Shown: in pieces, positions 37,008-51,321 of the stretch | How positions within the stretch are numbered: the stretch's first letter is position 1 | How the letters are laid out: every line of letters begins with the position of its first letter | Assembly: GCA_964016885.1 (NCBI GenBank) | Contig: OZ024747.1 | Span: 68,696,001 to 68,760,000, forward strand | Direction: 5' to 3' | Length of the DNA: 64,000 bases | Source of the DNA: Eledone cirrhosa | Taxonomy: Eukaryota | The notes under the pieces: generated by a model | Databases searched by the model: none | The model's input: only the letters and a program-made list of their open reading frames with translations | Told to the model about the DNA's origin: nothing | Position numbers and translations under genes: made by a program

Positions 37008-38511
37008 CCCACACATATATATATATATGCATATTTTCAAGAACGAATAGCTATAGTAGCAGAGCATTTATAATTCACAATAGGATTATTATTATTTATT
37101 TATACATCTATGGTAAGAAAATCATCTTAGCTATTTGGATGTTGTCATTAGGATTATAACTAAATATACAGTGAAAAGATTATTCAATGAAAGAAATATT
37201 TCAGATTTGTATATATATTTATGCATTTTCCATAAATGCTCTAACAAAGTCCCTTTCATTACCATATTTCTAATGGTAGGTACTGTCTATAATCTTCAAA
37301 TAATTTAGGAAATAATCACGAGTTTGAAGGTATATATTTATATAACTAACTTTCTCATTATTAAGATGGTGTTTGTAACATAACTTAATAAAGATTCTTA
37401 CATAAAATTATAGAGAAAATTTTCTAGATAAATATAAACACTTTAGGGCAGATAGTTTTGTATCATAGAATCAAAGCCAGTTGAGCAAAGAGAGAGTACC
37501 TAAGGAACTTTATTAAAGAATGAATCCTTTTTTATCAATTTTACAGAAAGAGTGGTGGATTGGCAGTATCGGTAGAGGGTCAGATGCCGTGCTTTGCAGC
37601 ATAGAGTTATGGGCATTTACGTTCTGAATTCAACTCCCGCCGAGATTAACTTTGCCTTTCATCCTTACGGGGTCGATAAAATAAAGCACTAGTAATTGCT
37701 GGTCTTGTGCAAAAAATAGAAACAATTAATTTTACAGAAAGAATGAAAGCTCAGTTTTGCCAGTTTACTTTTTGTTGTTTATAGATATAATAATTGTTTC
37801 TACTTGTCTTAGTTCAACAGATTGAGATATAAAAACTTCACAATGAATTTCTAGATTATCAAATACTGCCAAATAACATAAGTCTCCATAATGTTTAGGA
37901 TGAAGCTTTAGTTTCTGATTGTGTAGATGATAAAAATGTAGTATCATGTATGAATGATTGCAATGAATAGTATCTTAGAATTGTTGTCTTATTGAATTAT
38001 TTACAATCTTTTTCACTGAATGATGGAAGGAAAAGATTTACATATCTGTCTAGAGTTGTGGAGATTTTACTTGATTGTAATCCTACATTAATACTAGTGA
38101 AGAAATCTGAGAAAAATCTTATCGTGTATATAATAAGCACTAGAGGATGATGCTGAAGGAATTGCATTTTATTTTTGTTTTGTTATTTATACATACCACA
38201 ATGTCTGTAATAGCTAGTGCATAGTCCTCACATTTAAAGTGCATTTGTAAATTTGTAAATTAAAAAAATTGTAATAGAAGTGTATCATACAGAAACAAAT
38301 ACAGTAATTTATAAACTTACTAAAAGATAGCTATAACTGTAAATTAGCTATTGTAAATCATGCTAATTTTTTCAAGCATTTTCCCAGCATTTCTGCAAAG
38401 ATTTTTCCAAAAATTGTTACCAAATTTCAGCATTTCTGTAAGATTTTTCCAGCATTTTCTTTCAAGTTAATTGACAACTCTATAAATGTCTTTTATGCTT
38501 TTATTTTCCAG

Positions 38512-38806
38512 ATACATCTGGGCAAAGCAATATAACAAGTTCATCCTCAATGGCTGAATCTTACAAATATCTTACTTGCACAGAAGCTCAGAAACAATAC
38601 AGTTGTGGTGTTCTGGTCACAATCATACTTGGTGGACTTTGGGTTGGTTTCACTCAGTTTTCCAAGAATACCTATTCAGAATCTTTTGCAGCTCCATTGA
38701 TCGTTGTCTATTTCCATACATCCTGGTTGGTGGTTTTCTATCCAGTTTATGTAACAGTTGTTTTCATTGTAGCCCATGGTTCTATACAGCTGAAGCAGTT
38801 ATACAA
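38512..38806 (+). CDS. SLC35F3/F4-like (drug/metabolite transporter superfamily, putative thiamine transporter) coding exon
   Basis: Acceptor ttttattttccag|, donor AA|gtaagt. Translation ...GVLVTIILGGLWVGFTQFSKNTYSESFAAPLIVVYFHTSWLVVFYPVY... resembles SLC35F3/F4 TM1-2 (WVG.TQ..K.T...F.AP....F.T.W...F.P.Y). Confidence 0.88.
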
Positions 38807-41800
38807 GTAAGTACACAAAGAGATGAAGTAAGTAATTAAATAATCAGACTGAAAATGATACTCTGCCTCCACCCCAGGCCAATGAGGGAACCTCTGTGAG
38901 GTCACTCAACCTGCTAGAAATAACAAAATCTTCTTCCAATCACACTGTTTTCTCTTTAAAAAAAGAATTACATATTGGGTAATGTAATCCACTATACACT
39001 ATACCAAGAAAAAAATTAGGTTGGTCATGGTTGGGATATTTTTAGTCATAATTTTAAGAAAGGGATGTTACATTGCACTTATTTCTGGCAAACCTTAAGT
39101 GTGTTTTCAGCCAACCAGGTATTTTTTTTTATTGTTCCATCTGTTGCTTCTATTTATGCTCTCTTTCATACACTGGGCATCTCTGGGTATTTCTATATTG
39201 ATTTTTTGACTATGCACAAAACCAATTTTCATTACATTCACAGTGTAGTTGATTGTATCAATCCTGATCTCAGACAAGATGAAATGTAAATTCATGTGAA
39301 GCAAAATTTGAAAAGTAATGTAACTAAAATATGCTCATGTATTTTATCAGAAGCTCTTTCATTTTTTGCCCATTCACTGCTTTTGCATCCATCCTAAATG
39401 TGTCTCAAAAGTTAATGAAGAAATCTTTATACCTACTTCACTGACCAGCTAGATCTCCTTCAAATTATAACCTACCATCTTAAAAAAGAGAAGACATTGG
39501 ATATTGTAGTTCTAAATACTCCATGCTTGAAAAAAAAAAGATTTGATAGAACATCTTTCATTATCTGTCCACGTGATCAGAGTTGAATTGGATCCAGGTA
39601 AAACTCTCATGAACTATAATGATACTAAGACAGACTATTACTGTTACAAATATTCTACAAATTACAACATAATATAAGAACACATAATATAAACCCAAAT
39701 ACACTATAACGGTAAAGGAAAAGATGGAATGGTTGCAGCTGGAATACTTTTGATCATAGATGTACTGGATAAGGACAGATTTAGAGTTAACCCTTTACCA
39801 TTTAAACTGGCCATATCTGGCCAGGATTCTCTCACCTCTTTCTGTTCAAATCAACTGTAACTGGCCACTCATACTGATGTTAAGGTATTATCATCAAAAT
39901 AAATAATATCAAAATCTCATAGATTTGATATTATGTGAGATAATTATATGAGGTAATGTGTTTACTGTGAAAATATAATAGTAAATATAGAGTAATGTAA
40001 ATGCTAAAGGGTTAAACAACAACAGTAATCATATTAGTTGAGAATGGATCTTTTGAAAACGGGAGAGTCAGATTAGATACTTCATGGTATCAAGATATAT
40101 TTTGCAGTTCAAATTTAACTTGGATCAGGAGGTGGGCCAATATATTTGTTCTTTCTTCATTGTTGATAAGATACAAAACATTTAAATCAGTTGATCATGT
40201 GTAAAATTATTCCTAAATTTAACAGGAAAGTTACCAGGGTACATTTGAATTGTAACTTTTCTTGACAAATGTGACATTGAAAAGTTAGTTTTGAAAAGTT
40301 AGTTTGTTACTAAAGATATTTGTTGTTGTTGAAATTTTAAAACATTTGATTTTTTATTATTAACTACAAAAGTGAAGGCATATGGCTTAATGGAATTGGT
40401 TTCACAATAGTGAGGTTGCAAGTTCAATTCCCAGATTGGGTGATGCATTATGTCCTTGAGCAAAACACTTTATTTCATGTTGCTCCTTCTGCCAGGAGTT
40501 GTGACTGGTAGATAGTATCAGCAATGGAAAGAGAACAATACCTTAACATCAGTATGAACAGCTGGTTTGAACAGAAAGAGGTTAGAGAATTCTGGCCTGA
40601 TATAGCGGGTTTAAATGCTAAAGGTTTAAGTTGGGCTGGATTAACCAGTAAGAAATACAAGCACATGCTTAGGGCATCAAAAGAAGATGGGCACCATTTC
40701 ATTCAAATTAAATTTATTTGTCATTCCTCCTCCAACCCCACCAAAAGCTCTTTTTAGACTTAGTATATGGAGGGGCACCATAATATTTTAAGTGCTTTTT
40801 GCCTCAAATGGACTATCTGTTCCTGGTCATAGACAATGTAATGTTTGCTGGAATTTGTTCCTTTTAACTCTAGACTGAAAAATATAGAAAACATTATTGA
40901 GGAAAAAATTAATTTATTTAGAGTAATTATATAAATTAGAATAGTTTCAAGGATGAGTGTTGCAATTGTTTAATCAATGGAAGCACCTGCTCATGAAATT
41001 AAGGTGTAAGTGGCTGAACATTCTGCAGGCATGTGTACCCTTAATGTAATTCTCAGGGAGATTCAGTAACAAGACTGGCCTTTTGAATTACAGATACAGT
41101 TTATCTGATGGGCTTCCAAACAGTTTCTGCCTACCCAATTTCACTCACAAAGCAAAGGTCGACATGAGGCTATGGTAAATAACACTTGCCCAGGATGTGG
41201 GATTGAACCTTGGATTTAACCATTCAGCCATGTTGTATCCACCATTTTGAAAGAAAAAAAATACATCTTTACATTGAAAATAGAAACGTGTAAGGGTATA
41301 ATTTTTTTTTCTTCACATTTCATGAAATTCAAATGTAACCATCTTGTGAATTCTTTTGATGTCACAATTCTGAGGGAATCATCATTATTGTACCAATTGA
41401 AGATTGTCAGCATCTTTGAAAATATCTAAAATATAGTGAATTCATGTGATTATAATTATTTTAGTTATTAATAAATCCAGGCAAGGCTGAATAGAGTTGC
41501 TAGTCTTGAATAAATTTCAGTGGATGCCTTAACATCTAGTTACAGTCAGATCAACCAAATAAGGGTCTTGGTGGATACCTCAACATGCAATTACAGTCAG
41601 ACCAACCAAATAAGGGTCTCGGTGGATACCTTAACATCTAGTTACAGTCAGAAAAACTGAATAAAAAAAACTCTACACAGTGACACAAACTGCTAAAAAT
41701 ATTCTCAAATCCCACACTGTCATCTTAAAAAAAAAGAACAAATTGAATAATGTGGTCCCTGAGGCTTTGTTAGTGAAAAAGTGATGAGATGAAATATGCC

Positions 41801-42840
41801 ATAACTGGAATGTCTTTGATCACCGACTTAGGAATAAACAGCAATACCAAGAACATCAAGAGCAATACTATACACATTTTTGGAAGACATCTTGTTGATA
41901 ACTTAGTGTTTTTATAAAAATAATCAACTAAATATATATAGTAAAAAGAGAGAAGCAGATAAAAATATGCATGAAAACACAACAGAATTATAATTTGGAT
42001 AACAAAAAAGGCTAAAAGAAACAAATGAAGTGATTTTTATTACTTTAGAAACTTGTCTGTTCAACATAGAAATAACTGGAATTACAAGTCCACTCAATCA
42101 ATAGTAGTACACATAATACATGTAACACTAAATACTTTACACACATATACATATGTAGTGAGTATACACACATACATATATACATGCACACATATACATA
42201 TCTAGTGAATGTGCACACATACATATATACACACACATATATACATATATATGTAGTGAATGTACACACATACATATACACACACATATATACATATATA
42301 TGTAGTGAATGTACACACATACATATACACACACACACATACACAGACATATATACACACATACATACATACACATATATACATTCATACATACACACAC
42401 ATATATACACACATACACATGTAGTGAGTCACACAGATATACACACAAACATGTACACACACATACAAACACATATACACATGCAATGCACACACACACA
42501 CATATATATACACATTAAATCACTCACAGATATCCACTGCATACACATACACATACATGCAACACACACACAAACACGCGCACACACACATACAGGACCC
42601 ACACATACATACACAAACAAATCAAGGAATTTATTTAACAATAACAGCCGAGGACATCAACAGCAACAACAACACCACAACCAACAACAACAACCAAAGC
42701 AGCCGAGGACATCAACAGCAACAACAACAGCACAACCAACAACAACAACCAAAGCAGCCGAGGACATCAACAGCAACAACAACAGCACAACCAACAACAA
42801 CAACAACCAAAGCAGCAAATACAACCAGTAACAATACTAA

Positions 42841-43175
42841 TCTATATTATAATAATAGCGCTGTCTGTCCGTCCGTCTGTCCATCATGCTCACTTTATAT
42901 ATATAGAGAGGGGGAGTGCCAAGCGAGAGATATGTACTATATATATAGAGAGGGGGAGTGCCAAGCGAGAGATATGTACTATATATATAGAGAGGGGGAG
43001 TGCCAAGCGAGAGATATGTACATAGATAGAGAGAGAAAAGGGAATGCTGTGTGTTTTTGAGGTGACAGAAAGAGGTAGATAGATAGAAAGTTGTGACGTT
43101 GCCCTCACCTTTTTTTTTAGTTTGGTATTGAGGGAGGCACTATGCTCATATTCTTTGCAAGCCCTTCGATGCTAG
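42841..43175 (+). mobile_element. Short non-autonomous Helitron with an internal ~42-bp tandem repeat
   Basis: a|TCTATATTATAA...ctgtctgtccgtccgtctgtcc...gcccttcgatgCTAG|t; A|T insertion site. Confidence 0.72.
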
Positions 43176-44188
43176 TAAGGTCAAGTCCCCCTAATTTAGA
43201 GCTTAAAGTTGGGCAAGTTTAGACAAGTGCAGGTATGGAATTACATAGAGCTGACATTCTGAAAAGAAAAGACTGAGTTGAAGTATAGTGTCTTCGATAA
43301 AATATGGATGATGAGAAGATGTGAAACAAGTGAGCTGAGAGTGCCTGAGTGGAGGTGACACAACTTCAGCCAGCCATGAGGAGCAGGGCCATTGTAGTAG
43401 AGGCGGAAAGAAATAGGAGAATACAGACCAGAAGTCAGAGTATGTTTGTGAGAGACTAAAAAAAAATGTCAATGAGTTGTATGGATTTTCACAAGTACTA
43501 AAAAAGAAGGGTTGACCACAGTTGGAACACCTGTGATCATAAGTCAGCTCATTGAAGGTTGACCTAGGGTTAAAGAACAAGAATTTGATGAGTGCTATCT
43601 GATTTTTTTTTTTTTTTGCAAATTTCTAGGTAAATTTAGTGCTGTATGCTGATTACAAGAATTGCTGCCATTTAAGAAAAATGTTACAACCTTTTAGAGA
43701 TTAAATTTTCAAAGTAATTTTAGCCAATCAAATTTATCCATTCTCTACACTTCGGATTAGTCAGCCAGCACAATAACAATAACAACTCTGACAAGCAATG
43801 GCAGCAATAACATCAAAACAAAAACAGCCACAATTACAAAAGGTAAACAATATTATGTAAGACTTCTACCTACCTAGCTGCCTGTCTGACCTGCACATTC
43901 CTCTAGATAAATACACAGATAGAAAGATAAATAGCTATTGGTCTGTAGGGCACTGCTGAAATACAACATCCAGTCATGGTTGTAGAAGTTTCCTCCTCCT
44001 TATTTCGCTGCTAAACGACCATCAATTCACCACCAAGTGCGACAATTGGTCGCACTGTTGTCCAAGCTATTGTTATTAGAAAAACTGTTCATCTTTTGAT
44101 AATATCTTGATGATAATATCTGACTGATCATTTATTGTTGTCACTGTAGTTGTTTTTGTTGTGCCACTGAGTGATCTAAGGTTTAGAC

Positions 44189-44784
44189 CAGGGTTTCCCA
44201 ACCTGGGTGATACTGTTGGGTAGGCAATGAGCAACCAAACAGAAAATGGTGGGCAATTGGAGATTTTGATGGACAATATAGGATTTTTTAAATTAAAAAT
44301 TTTTTTTTATGTATTATGATTTATTTTTTTAAAACTGAAATTATTCATTAAGTTTTCATAATTAATTATATAAATAATGAGAAAAAGGGGGAATCGGTAA
44401 AGAAGGGCATATCTGGCTGTATAGGAAAGTAAAGAAAAGGACTATAAATGCCATAAATGAGAAGAAAAGGAAGGAAAAAGCAAGGACTCTTAGGCCACAG
44501 AAGAAAGAGTGGGGGAAGGGAAGCGGGTGACAGGCTCTATGCCGAGGTTGGAGCAGATTTGGAGCATTAAGAAGGTATTTCAACATGCTACCTGAAAAAA
44601 ATATATTTAAAAAAGATATACAAAGAACTTGTATAAAAACAAGAGAAGGCTAAATGGGAATAATGTACCAGTAATGATACCAAACATTTTTGGTATTCTT
44701 TTGAATATTTACTGTACAGGTGGGGAGTGGAAAATATTTCCATGTGAAAATAGGTGATGACATAAAAAAAGGTTGGGAGCCCTC
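44189..44784. mobile_element. Old hAT-like element
   Basis: CAGGGTTTCCCAACCT...AGGTTGGGAGCCCTC termini; TSD not clear. Confidence 0.55.
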
Positions 44785-45902
44785 AGTGTTAAGAATGAAT
44801 ATATTTGATTGGTTAAAATTATTTTAAAAATTCAATCTTTAAAAAGTTATAACTTTTTTATTATTCTTTTTGCCATCACAGTTGGGATTTTCATAATTAG
44901 CATGAAATCTTCATCTGTTTAAGAATTTAGCATAAAAAGAAAAAAAAAAAAAATTGACACTTCCTCAAACTAAAAGATTCACAAGAACATTTTCATTATG
45001 ATTGTTTTTCCCTTTTTTCTTCAGAATTTTCTCTTTAACCCTTCAGCATTTAAACTGGCTATATCTGGCCAGAATTCTCTCACCTCTTTCTGTACAAATC
45101 GGCCATAACTGGCCCCTCATACCAACTTTAAGGTATTGTTTTCGAAATAGATAATATCAAAATCTCGTAGATTCAATATCAGGAGAGATAATTATGTGAG
45201 ATAAAGTGTTTACCATGAAAATACAACAGTAAATATAAAGTAATGTAAATGCTAAAGGGTTAAAAATGTGTCAGAGAAATCCTTATCATTACAACTTCTA
45301 AATTTCTTATCTCCTTATTACCTCCTCTCTCTCTGCCATCTTTTCCTCCCTTCAAACAATGACTTTTTCCTCTCTTTGTCTCAGCTGTCTTTCAGCTTCT
45401 AATCTTCCTCATTATCTTTTTATTTTTATCAACCGCCCCTCCCTTAGAGCGGTGGATTGGCAGTATCGGTAAAGGGTCAGACACCATGCTTTCCAGCATA
45501 GAGTTATGCTGCTTTACAGTCTGAGTTCAAATCCCGCAGAGGTTAACTTTGCCTTTCATCCTTACGGAGTCGATGAAATAAAGTACCAGTAACACACTGG
45601 GATCGATTTAATTGACTTTCCCCTCTCCCCCAAATTAATGGCCTTGTGCCTATACTAGAAATCATTTTTATCACATCCCTTCCTCCTTTGACCATCACCT
45701 TTCATTTCCCCCCTCTCTTCATCTTTTTTCTTCCATTCACTTTTCTTCTCCCTTATTATTTCTTTTACCACCAACTACATCTCTTCATCATTAGATCTCC
45801 TTTCTTTTCATGCTTGTATAAGTCAACTATTTTTTAAAATAAATATTATTTCATGTTTTTAATGATTGTTTGTCTCTTCTTTTTATTACTTTTCTGTTTC
45901 AG

Positions 45903-46119
45903 GGAAAATATGAAGTTTTACAAAGAAGAAACAAAGCTGTTTCGTTTTTCAGTGAGGACTTGTGCCTTCTGTGTTATTTGGGTAATCAGCAACTACAGCT
46001 ATATCCGAGCCCTTCAGCTTCTTGAGTCTGTGGATGTCATAGCACTCTACTCAACTAATCAAAGCTTTGTCTATATGTTGTCATGGATTGTATTATTCGA
46101 AAAGTTCATTGCTATAAGA
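45903..46119 (+). CDS. SLC35F3/F4-like coding exon
   Basis: Acceptor tttctgtttcag|, donor AGA|gtaagg. Phase joins the previous exon (AA+G = Lys). ENMKFY...FCVIWVISNYSYIRALQLLESVDVIALYSTNQSFVYMLSWIVLFEKFIAIR matches the SLC35F3/F4 motif W..TNY.Y..AL......D...L...N..FV..LSWIVL...F...R. Confidence 0.92.
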
Positions 46120-46137
46120 GTAAGGAAAACATTTATT

Positions 46138-46284
<147 letters not shown>

Positions 46285-46835
46285 GTACATTCATACACAC
46301 ACACATATACACATACATACATACATACACATGCACAAACATATACATACACACATGATACAAACATACATACACACATATACAAAATATTTCTGATTTT
46401 GAATATATTCATACATTGCAATGCAAGGAATATTGGTGGAACATTCCCAACAAAACATTCACAGTAACTTTAATATAATTGTCTAGGATAGAAAATACAG
46501 GGACTGTTTATGTTTAACCCTTTAATGTTCAAACTGGCCAAAACTGGCCAGAATTCTCTACCTCTTTCTGTTGAAACTGGTTGTAACTGGTCGCTCAAAC
46601 TGATGTTAAGGTATTGTTCTCAAAATACTTTCAAAATCTCATAGATTCGATATTATGTGAAATATTATGTGAGGTAAAGCCTTTACCATGAACATATAAT
46701 AGTATATATAGAGTAATGTGAATGCTAAAGGGTTAACGATTTTGATATCTAAAAATTCTATTTTCCTATCTGGATTATAAATTTATGTTTGTACTGACAT
46801 ACTATCACTGACATACTTGGCCATCATATTAACTC

Positions 46836-47280
46836 ATATTAACTCTTTAGTTACTACAATTCTCATAAAAAGATACTGCATATAATTTTCAAATTATTTT
46901 AAAATTATTTAAGTAATAGGATGGATTTAATTATATAATTACCTTACCATATTAACTCTTTAGTTACCACAATTTTCATAAAAAGATACTGCATATAATT
47001 TTCAAATTATTTTAAAATTATTTAAGTAATGGGATGGATTTAATTATATAATTACCTTACCATATTAACTCTTTAGTTACCACAATTCTCATAAAAAGAT
47101 ACTGCATATAATTTTCAAATTATTTTAAAATTATTTAAGTAATGGGATGGATTTAATTATATAATTACCTTACCATATTAACTCTTTAGTTACCACAATT
47201 CTCATAAAAAGATACTGCATATAATTTTCAAATTATTTAAAAATTATTTAAGTATTGGGATGGATATAATTATAAAATTA
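46836..47280. repeat. ~113-bp tandem repeat, ~4 copies
   Basis: catattaactctttagttac recurs at ~46836, 46948, 47061 and 47174. Confidence 0.9.
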
Positions 47281-49197
47281 ATTGGGAGGGATATAATTAT
47301 ATAATTAATTGGGAGGGATATAATTATATAATTATGATGTTCATTTCATGATAACTATGCTTATTGTCAAATATAATTAGCAGAGTGAAGTTAGTTGAAT
47401 TGGCTTCAATTAACAATGAAACCCATTTCACAGAATGACTCACTCTAGGCTGAACCCTGATAATAACACCCAAGAAACTGACAAGTTGTCAGAAATTTTA
47501 GTGATTGTGTATATGTAGCCAGTCTCTCAGATTTTTACGAAGCACTGAGGGGATAAAGTTAATGTAAAGAGTTGTCTGTTCATATGCAGAAGAATGCTAT
47601 AAAATAATTTATAAAATAGAGTGAAGACCCTTAAAGACAGTAAAGGAAGTTGCTATCAGCCGCTGCAAGGAATCAAACTTCATATCTCGCAGATACCGGT
47701 ATCTAGGATATATGGGGTTCAATTCCTCATAGCAACCAATGGCAGCTTCTTTTTCCATTTTTAAGCGTCTTTACCTTTTTTTATAAGTTATTTTATATAA
47801 TTTACATGCATGAACACATCATTCTTTATATTAACGAGAATGTGACTAAATGTCTTATGATATGTCAAGTCATCCAATTAAGATCTAAGTTCAAACCAAA
47901 CTGAAACAATATGAAGTCAAACTACAGTCTAGAATATTTATAATCTGTATCTGGAAACTAGCATACTGACCAGTTTCTATGATCAATACAGTGATCAGCC
48001 ATTGATTCAATTCACCTCACTGTAAAATAACAGTAAAGACATTCTTCCTCCCAGTTGCCCTAACCACTGTTTTACCTGCTTTCAATGTACAGTTCCACTA
48101 ATTCCATTGGAAATGTCAATAAGAATCTCCTCTGATGGGTGGATGAATCCATTGAACCACTGAGTTGTAAGAATGCCACTGAAATTTCTACTTCATATAG
48201 TATAACAGCAAATCAGTTTAGCAAAACAGAAGTTTCCCAAAGCTGTTGCTAAGGTAGGACTTCAGCTCAGTAATGGCCTTGCAAGCTAGCAGAACATTAC
48301 TTTTATGATGCCATCACTGCTTATATTGATAAGTTGTTCCCTACATGGTGATATTTTCTACACTGCCTGTGATTACAGTGGTAACATCATTTTCAGCAGT
48401 ACCTATTTACAGTTAGAAAGACAGGTTCATTTCAGACCTAAGTATCATATCCACAGACATAACCCTTTTGTTATATTTCTAATAAGAAACACTGCATATA
48501 ATTTTCAAATAATCAAAAATTTGCAAGGATTTAGTTATATCACTAACCTTTTCTTTAATAAGTTGGTGTTTGGAGCATAACTTAAAAATTCTTACATAAA
48601 ATTATAATCAGTTTTAAGTAAAATTAAACATAAAATAAACAGTTTTGGAATATATTAGAAGCAGGGACAGTTTCAGGCTGTTTGGCACCAAAAGCGTTAA
48701 TTCAATTCCAGCACCAGTGCCAGTTCTAGTGCCAATAACACTACACCTAGTCAGCCATGAAAGACTGATAGTTCAGCTTGATTGTGTAAGTTTACTGCCT
48801 ACATTTTACAATCTTTTAAACCAGCCATATCATACCAGAATTCTCTCACCTCATCCTGTTCAAACCAGCTGTAACCTGCTGCTCATACTTATGTTAAGGT
48901 ATGTTTCTCAAAACAAATAATATCAAATCTCATAGATACGATAGTATGTGGCATAATTATGTGATATAAAGCCTTTACTGCGAAAATACAATAGTTAGTA
49001 TAGAGTAATGTAAATGCTAAAGAGTTAAAATCTCATTTATGATTTATCGACAGAGTTCTAAAGAATCATTGTCCAACTTGATGAGAATGCTCTTAGCTGT
49101 TCAACATCTTGTCTAACTTCACATTTCTGTTGAGTAATTTAGTTTCATTTTCGAGTTAAAAAAATGAGCTGTACAAGGAACTGATATTGGTTATAGG

Positions 49198-49701
49198 CAG
49201 AAGTGTAACTAGGGTATAGCAAGCATGGCACCATTTGAAAGGGGGCGTTACCTGGACTAGGAGCACTTTCTGTTAAAGTCAGATGAGCTATTGTTAAAGA
49301 GTGAAAAAAGAAACTTCTTCAGATGTATGATCTGTCTTTGATTATCATGGGTGAGAAACACTATGGTGGCTGGATCATTAAACCATTTATATAGATTATT
49401 AGGCCCATAGGTAAAAATACAGTGCTGGGAACTACATGACCACAGAGGCAAACTTCATATGACTTGTCAAATATTTTAATAGGGTTTTAATATTTGTCAA
49501 AGATCAGTATTACACAGGTCACTCCTTTTAAATACACTAACACTTTTGCCAATACTTTACATATAGTTAAGCGTAAAGGATACCTGTAGAACAAATGGAA
49601 ATATAGTTTAATACCCTAAACCCACATTTATTTAAACTGCATGGGCAGGGGCGCAATTTCAATGTTTGCTATAGGTTCTATTTACCCTTGTTACACCTCT
49701 G
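49198..49701. mobile_element. hAT MITE
   Basis: CAGAAGTGTAAC...GTTACACCTCTG; TSD gttatagg / gttataag. Confidence 0.78.
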
Positions 49702-49869
49702 GTTATAAGCAACTTATTAGTGGCAAATTAGACAGGCCTAATGTCATTACTAATCTTATTGATGAGTTTCTGTAATGTGTTTCCTCATGAAAATATACAT
49801 AATGAAAAGAAATGTCTCTGTTACTTCCTTTGTTAATGAATGTTTTCTCTATTTGCTTTATCATTACAG

Positions 49870-49995
49870 ATATTGGCTATCATATTCTCCATCACAGGAA
49901 TTGTTCTTTTCGCCTATGCTGATGGTTTTGGCACTTCCAATATGTGGGGAGTTGTACTGGCTGTAGTATCGGCTTCTGCTGCTGCTGTCTATAAA
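49870..49995 (+). CDS. SLC35F3/F4-like coding exon; the gene probably continues beyond the window
   Basis: Acceptor cattacag|, 42 codons ILAIIFSITGIVLFAYADGFGTSNMWGVVLAVVSASAAAVYK, donor |gtaatt, phase 0/0. Resembles the SLC35F3 segment I.A.I..I.GIV...YADGF......G..L.V.SAS..A.YK. This frame is not in the ORF track. Confidence 0.92.
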
Positions 49996-51321
49996 GTAAT
50001 TGTCTTTCTTTAAACCTCTCCTCCCACTAACACATTCCTTCTTAAACCTTCTTTAACCTGCATATATATATATAAGAAACCCTCAAACCCATACAAGCTG
50101 GGAAAAACGAATGTAAAAATGATGATGATGAATTCTAAATTTAGTTTACTTGCATATATATATATCCAGGGAGTGTAACATGAAGTTACTGTAGGTCCAC
50201 CCAGGTGAGCACTTGATGTTTAGGTTCCCGTCTGTAATGAGGTGTAGAGCTGAACGCAAAATGTTACAGACATTTCTATGCTTTATATGTTCATTCTGTC
50301 ATTACAACAGCAGAGGTCCAACGAGCTTTTGATTCCAGAGTCGGACCAGATCGATACAGATTGAACCTTGAGCTGATCAATAACGAAACGCCCATCACTA
50401 ATCAATAAACGTAATGAAGGCTTAACAAATTGTCCTTGTATTATTATATACATATATATATGCAAGTAAACTAAATTTAGAATTCATCATCACCATCATC
50501 ATCAGCAGCATCATTTTTACATTTGTTTTTCCAAGCTTGTATGGGTTGGACAGTTCCTTTTCAGCACCGTGTCACTCCACTCACCTCATTCCTTTGTCAT
50601 CTCCTCTATGAGTCTGAGCAATTTGTGATCAGTTCTCACCACCTCTGTTCAGGCTTCCCTCCATTGGGATTTCCTGGCACTTCTTCACCCAGTGATCATC
50701 ATCCATGTGTATCACATGTCTGTACCAATGCAGTCTTCTCTCTTTCTCATCACTTCAAACTCCTTTTAAACCTGGTTTTTAATAATTGAATTTAGAATTA
50801 AAGCTTGATTAATCATATTAAACCATTTATTGGATGAGTGTCAAAGTTGAATGCATGGCCATTATAGAGCCAAGAACAAAATAGTTAACAGTATTTTAAT
50901 TATTTCTTCTATATTTTGGATCTAGATCCTGCTGAAGTCATCTTTCCCTTTCATCTCACAGGGATCAATAGTATAAGTATCGATTTTATACTGTCATTTC
51001 AAAATCTGTGACCTCTCTATTAATAGATGTGGAAGAACACACTAGCCTGGTCCTTGTGAATATTTTAGTTGCCTCCAATATGTGTCACATTTGATTTGAC
51101 TGGAAACCAAGTGAATGTTTGTATTTTATACAAACATTCACTTATGTTTAATGTTCCAGTATACTAATAGCTGCAGTTGCTACACAGATTTATTATTGAT
51201 TAGTTAGTTCTATTTTTGGTTGTTTTAATTTGGATCTGGTTTGTTAAAGTTATAAATATATAATGTAACTATATTGATGTTGTAATTTTTATCCACAATT
51301 TTATGTATCTTCTAGCACTAT

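Noticed and set aside
149-45665. tRNA genes at GTTCAAATCC B-box motifs
   Set aside because: All are heads of dispersed SINE copies with no complete cloverleaf.
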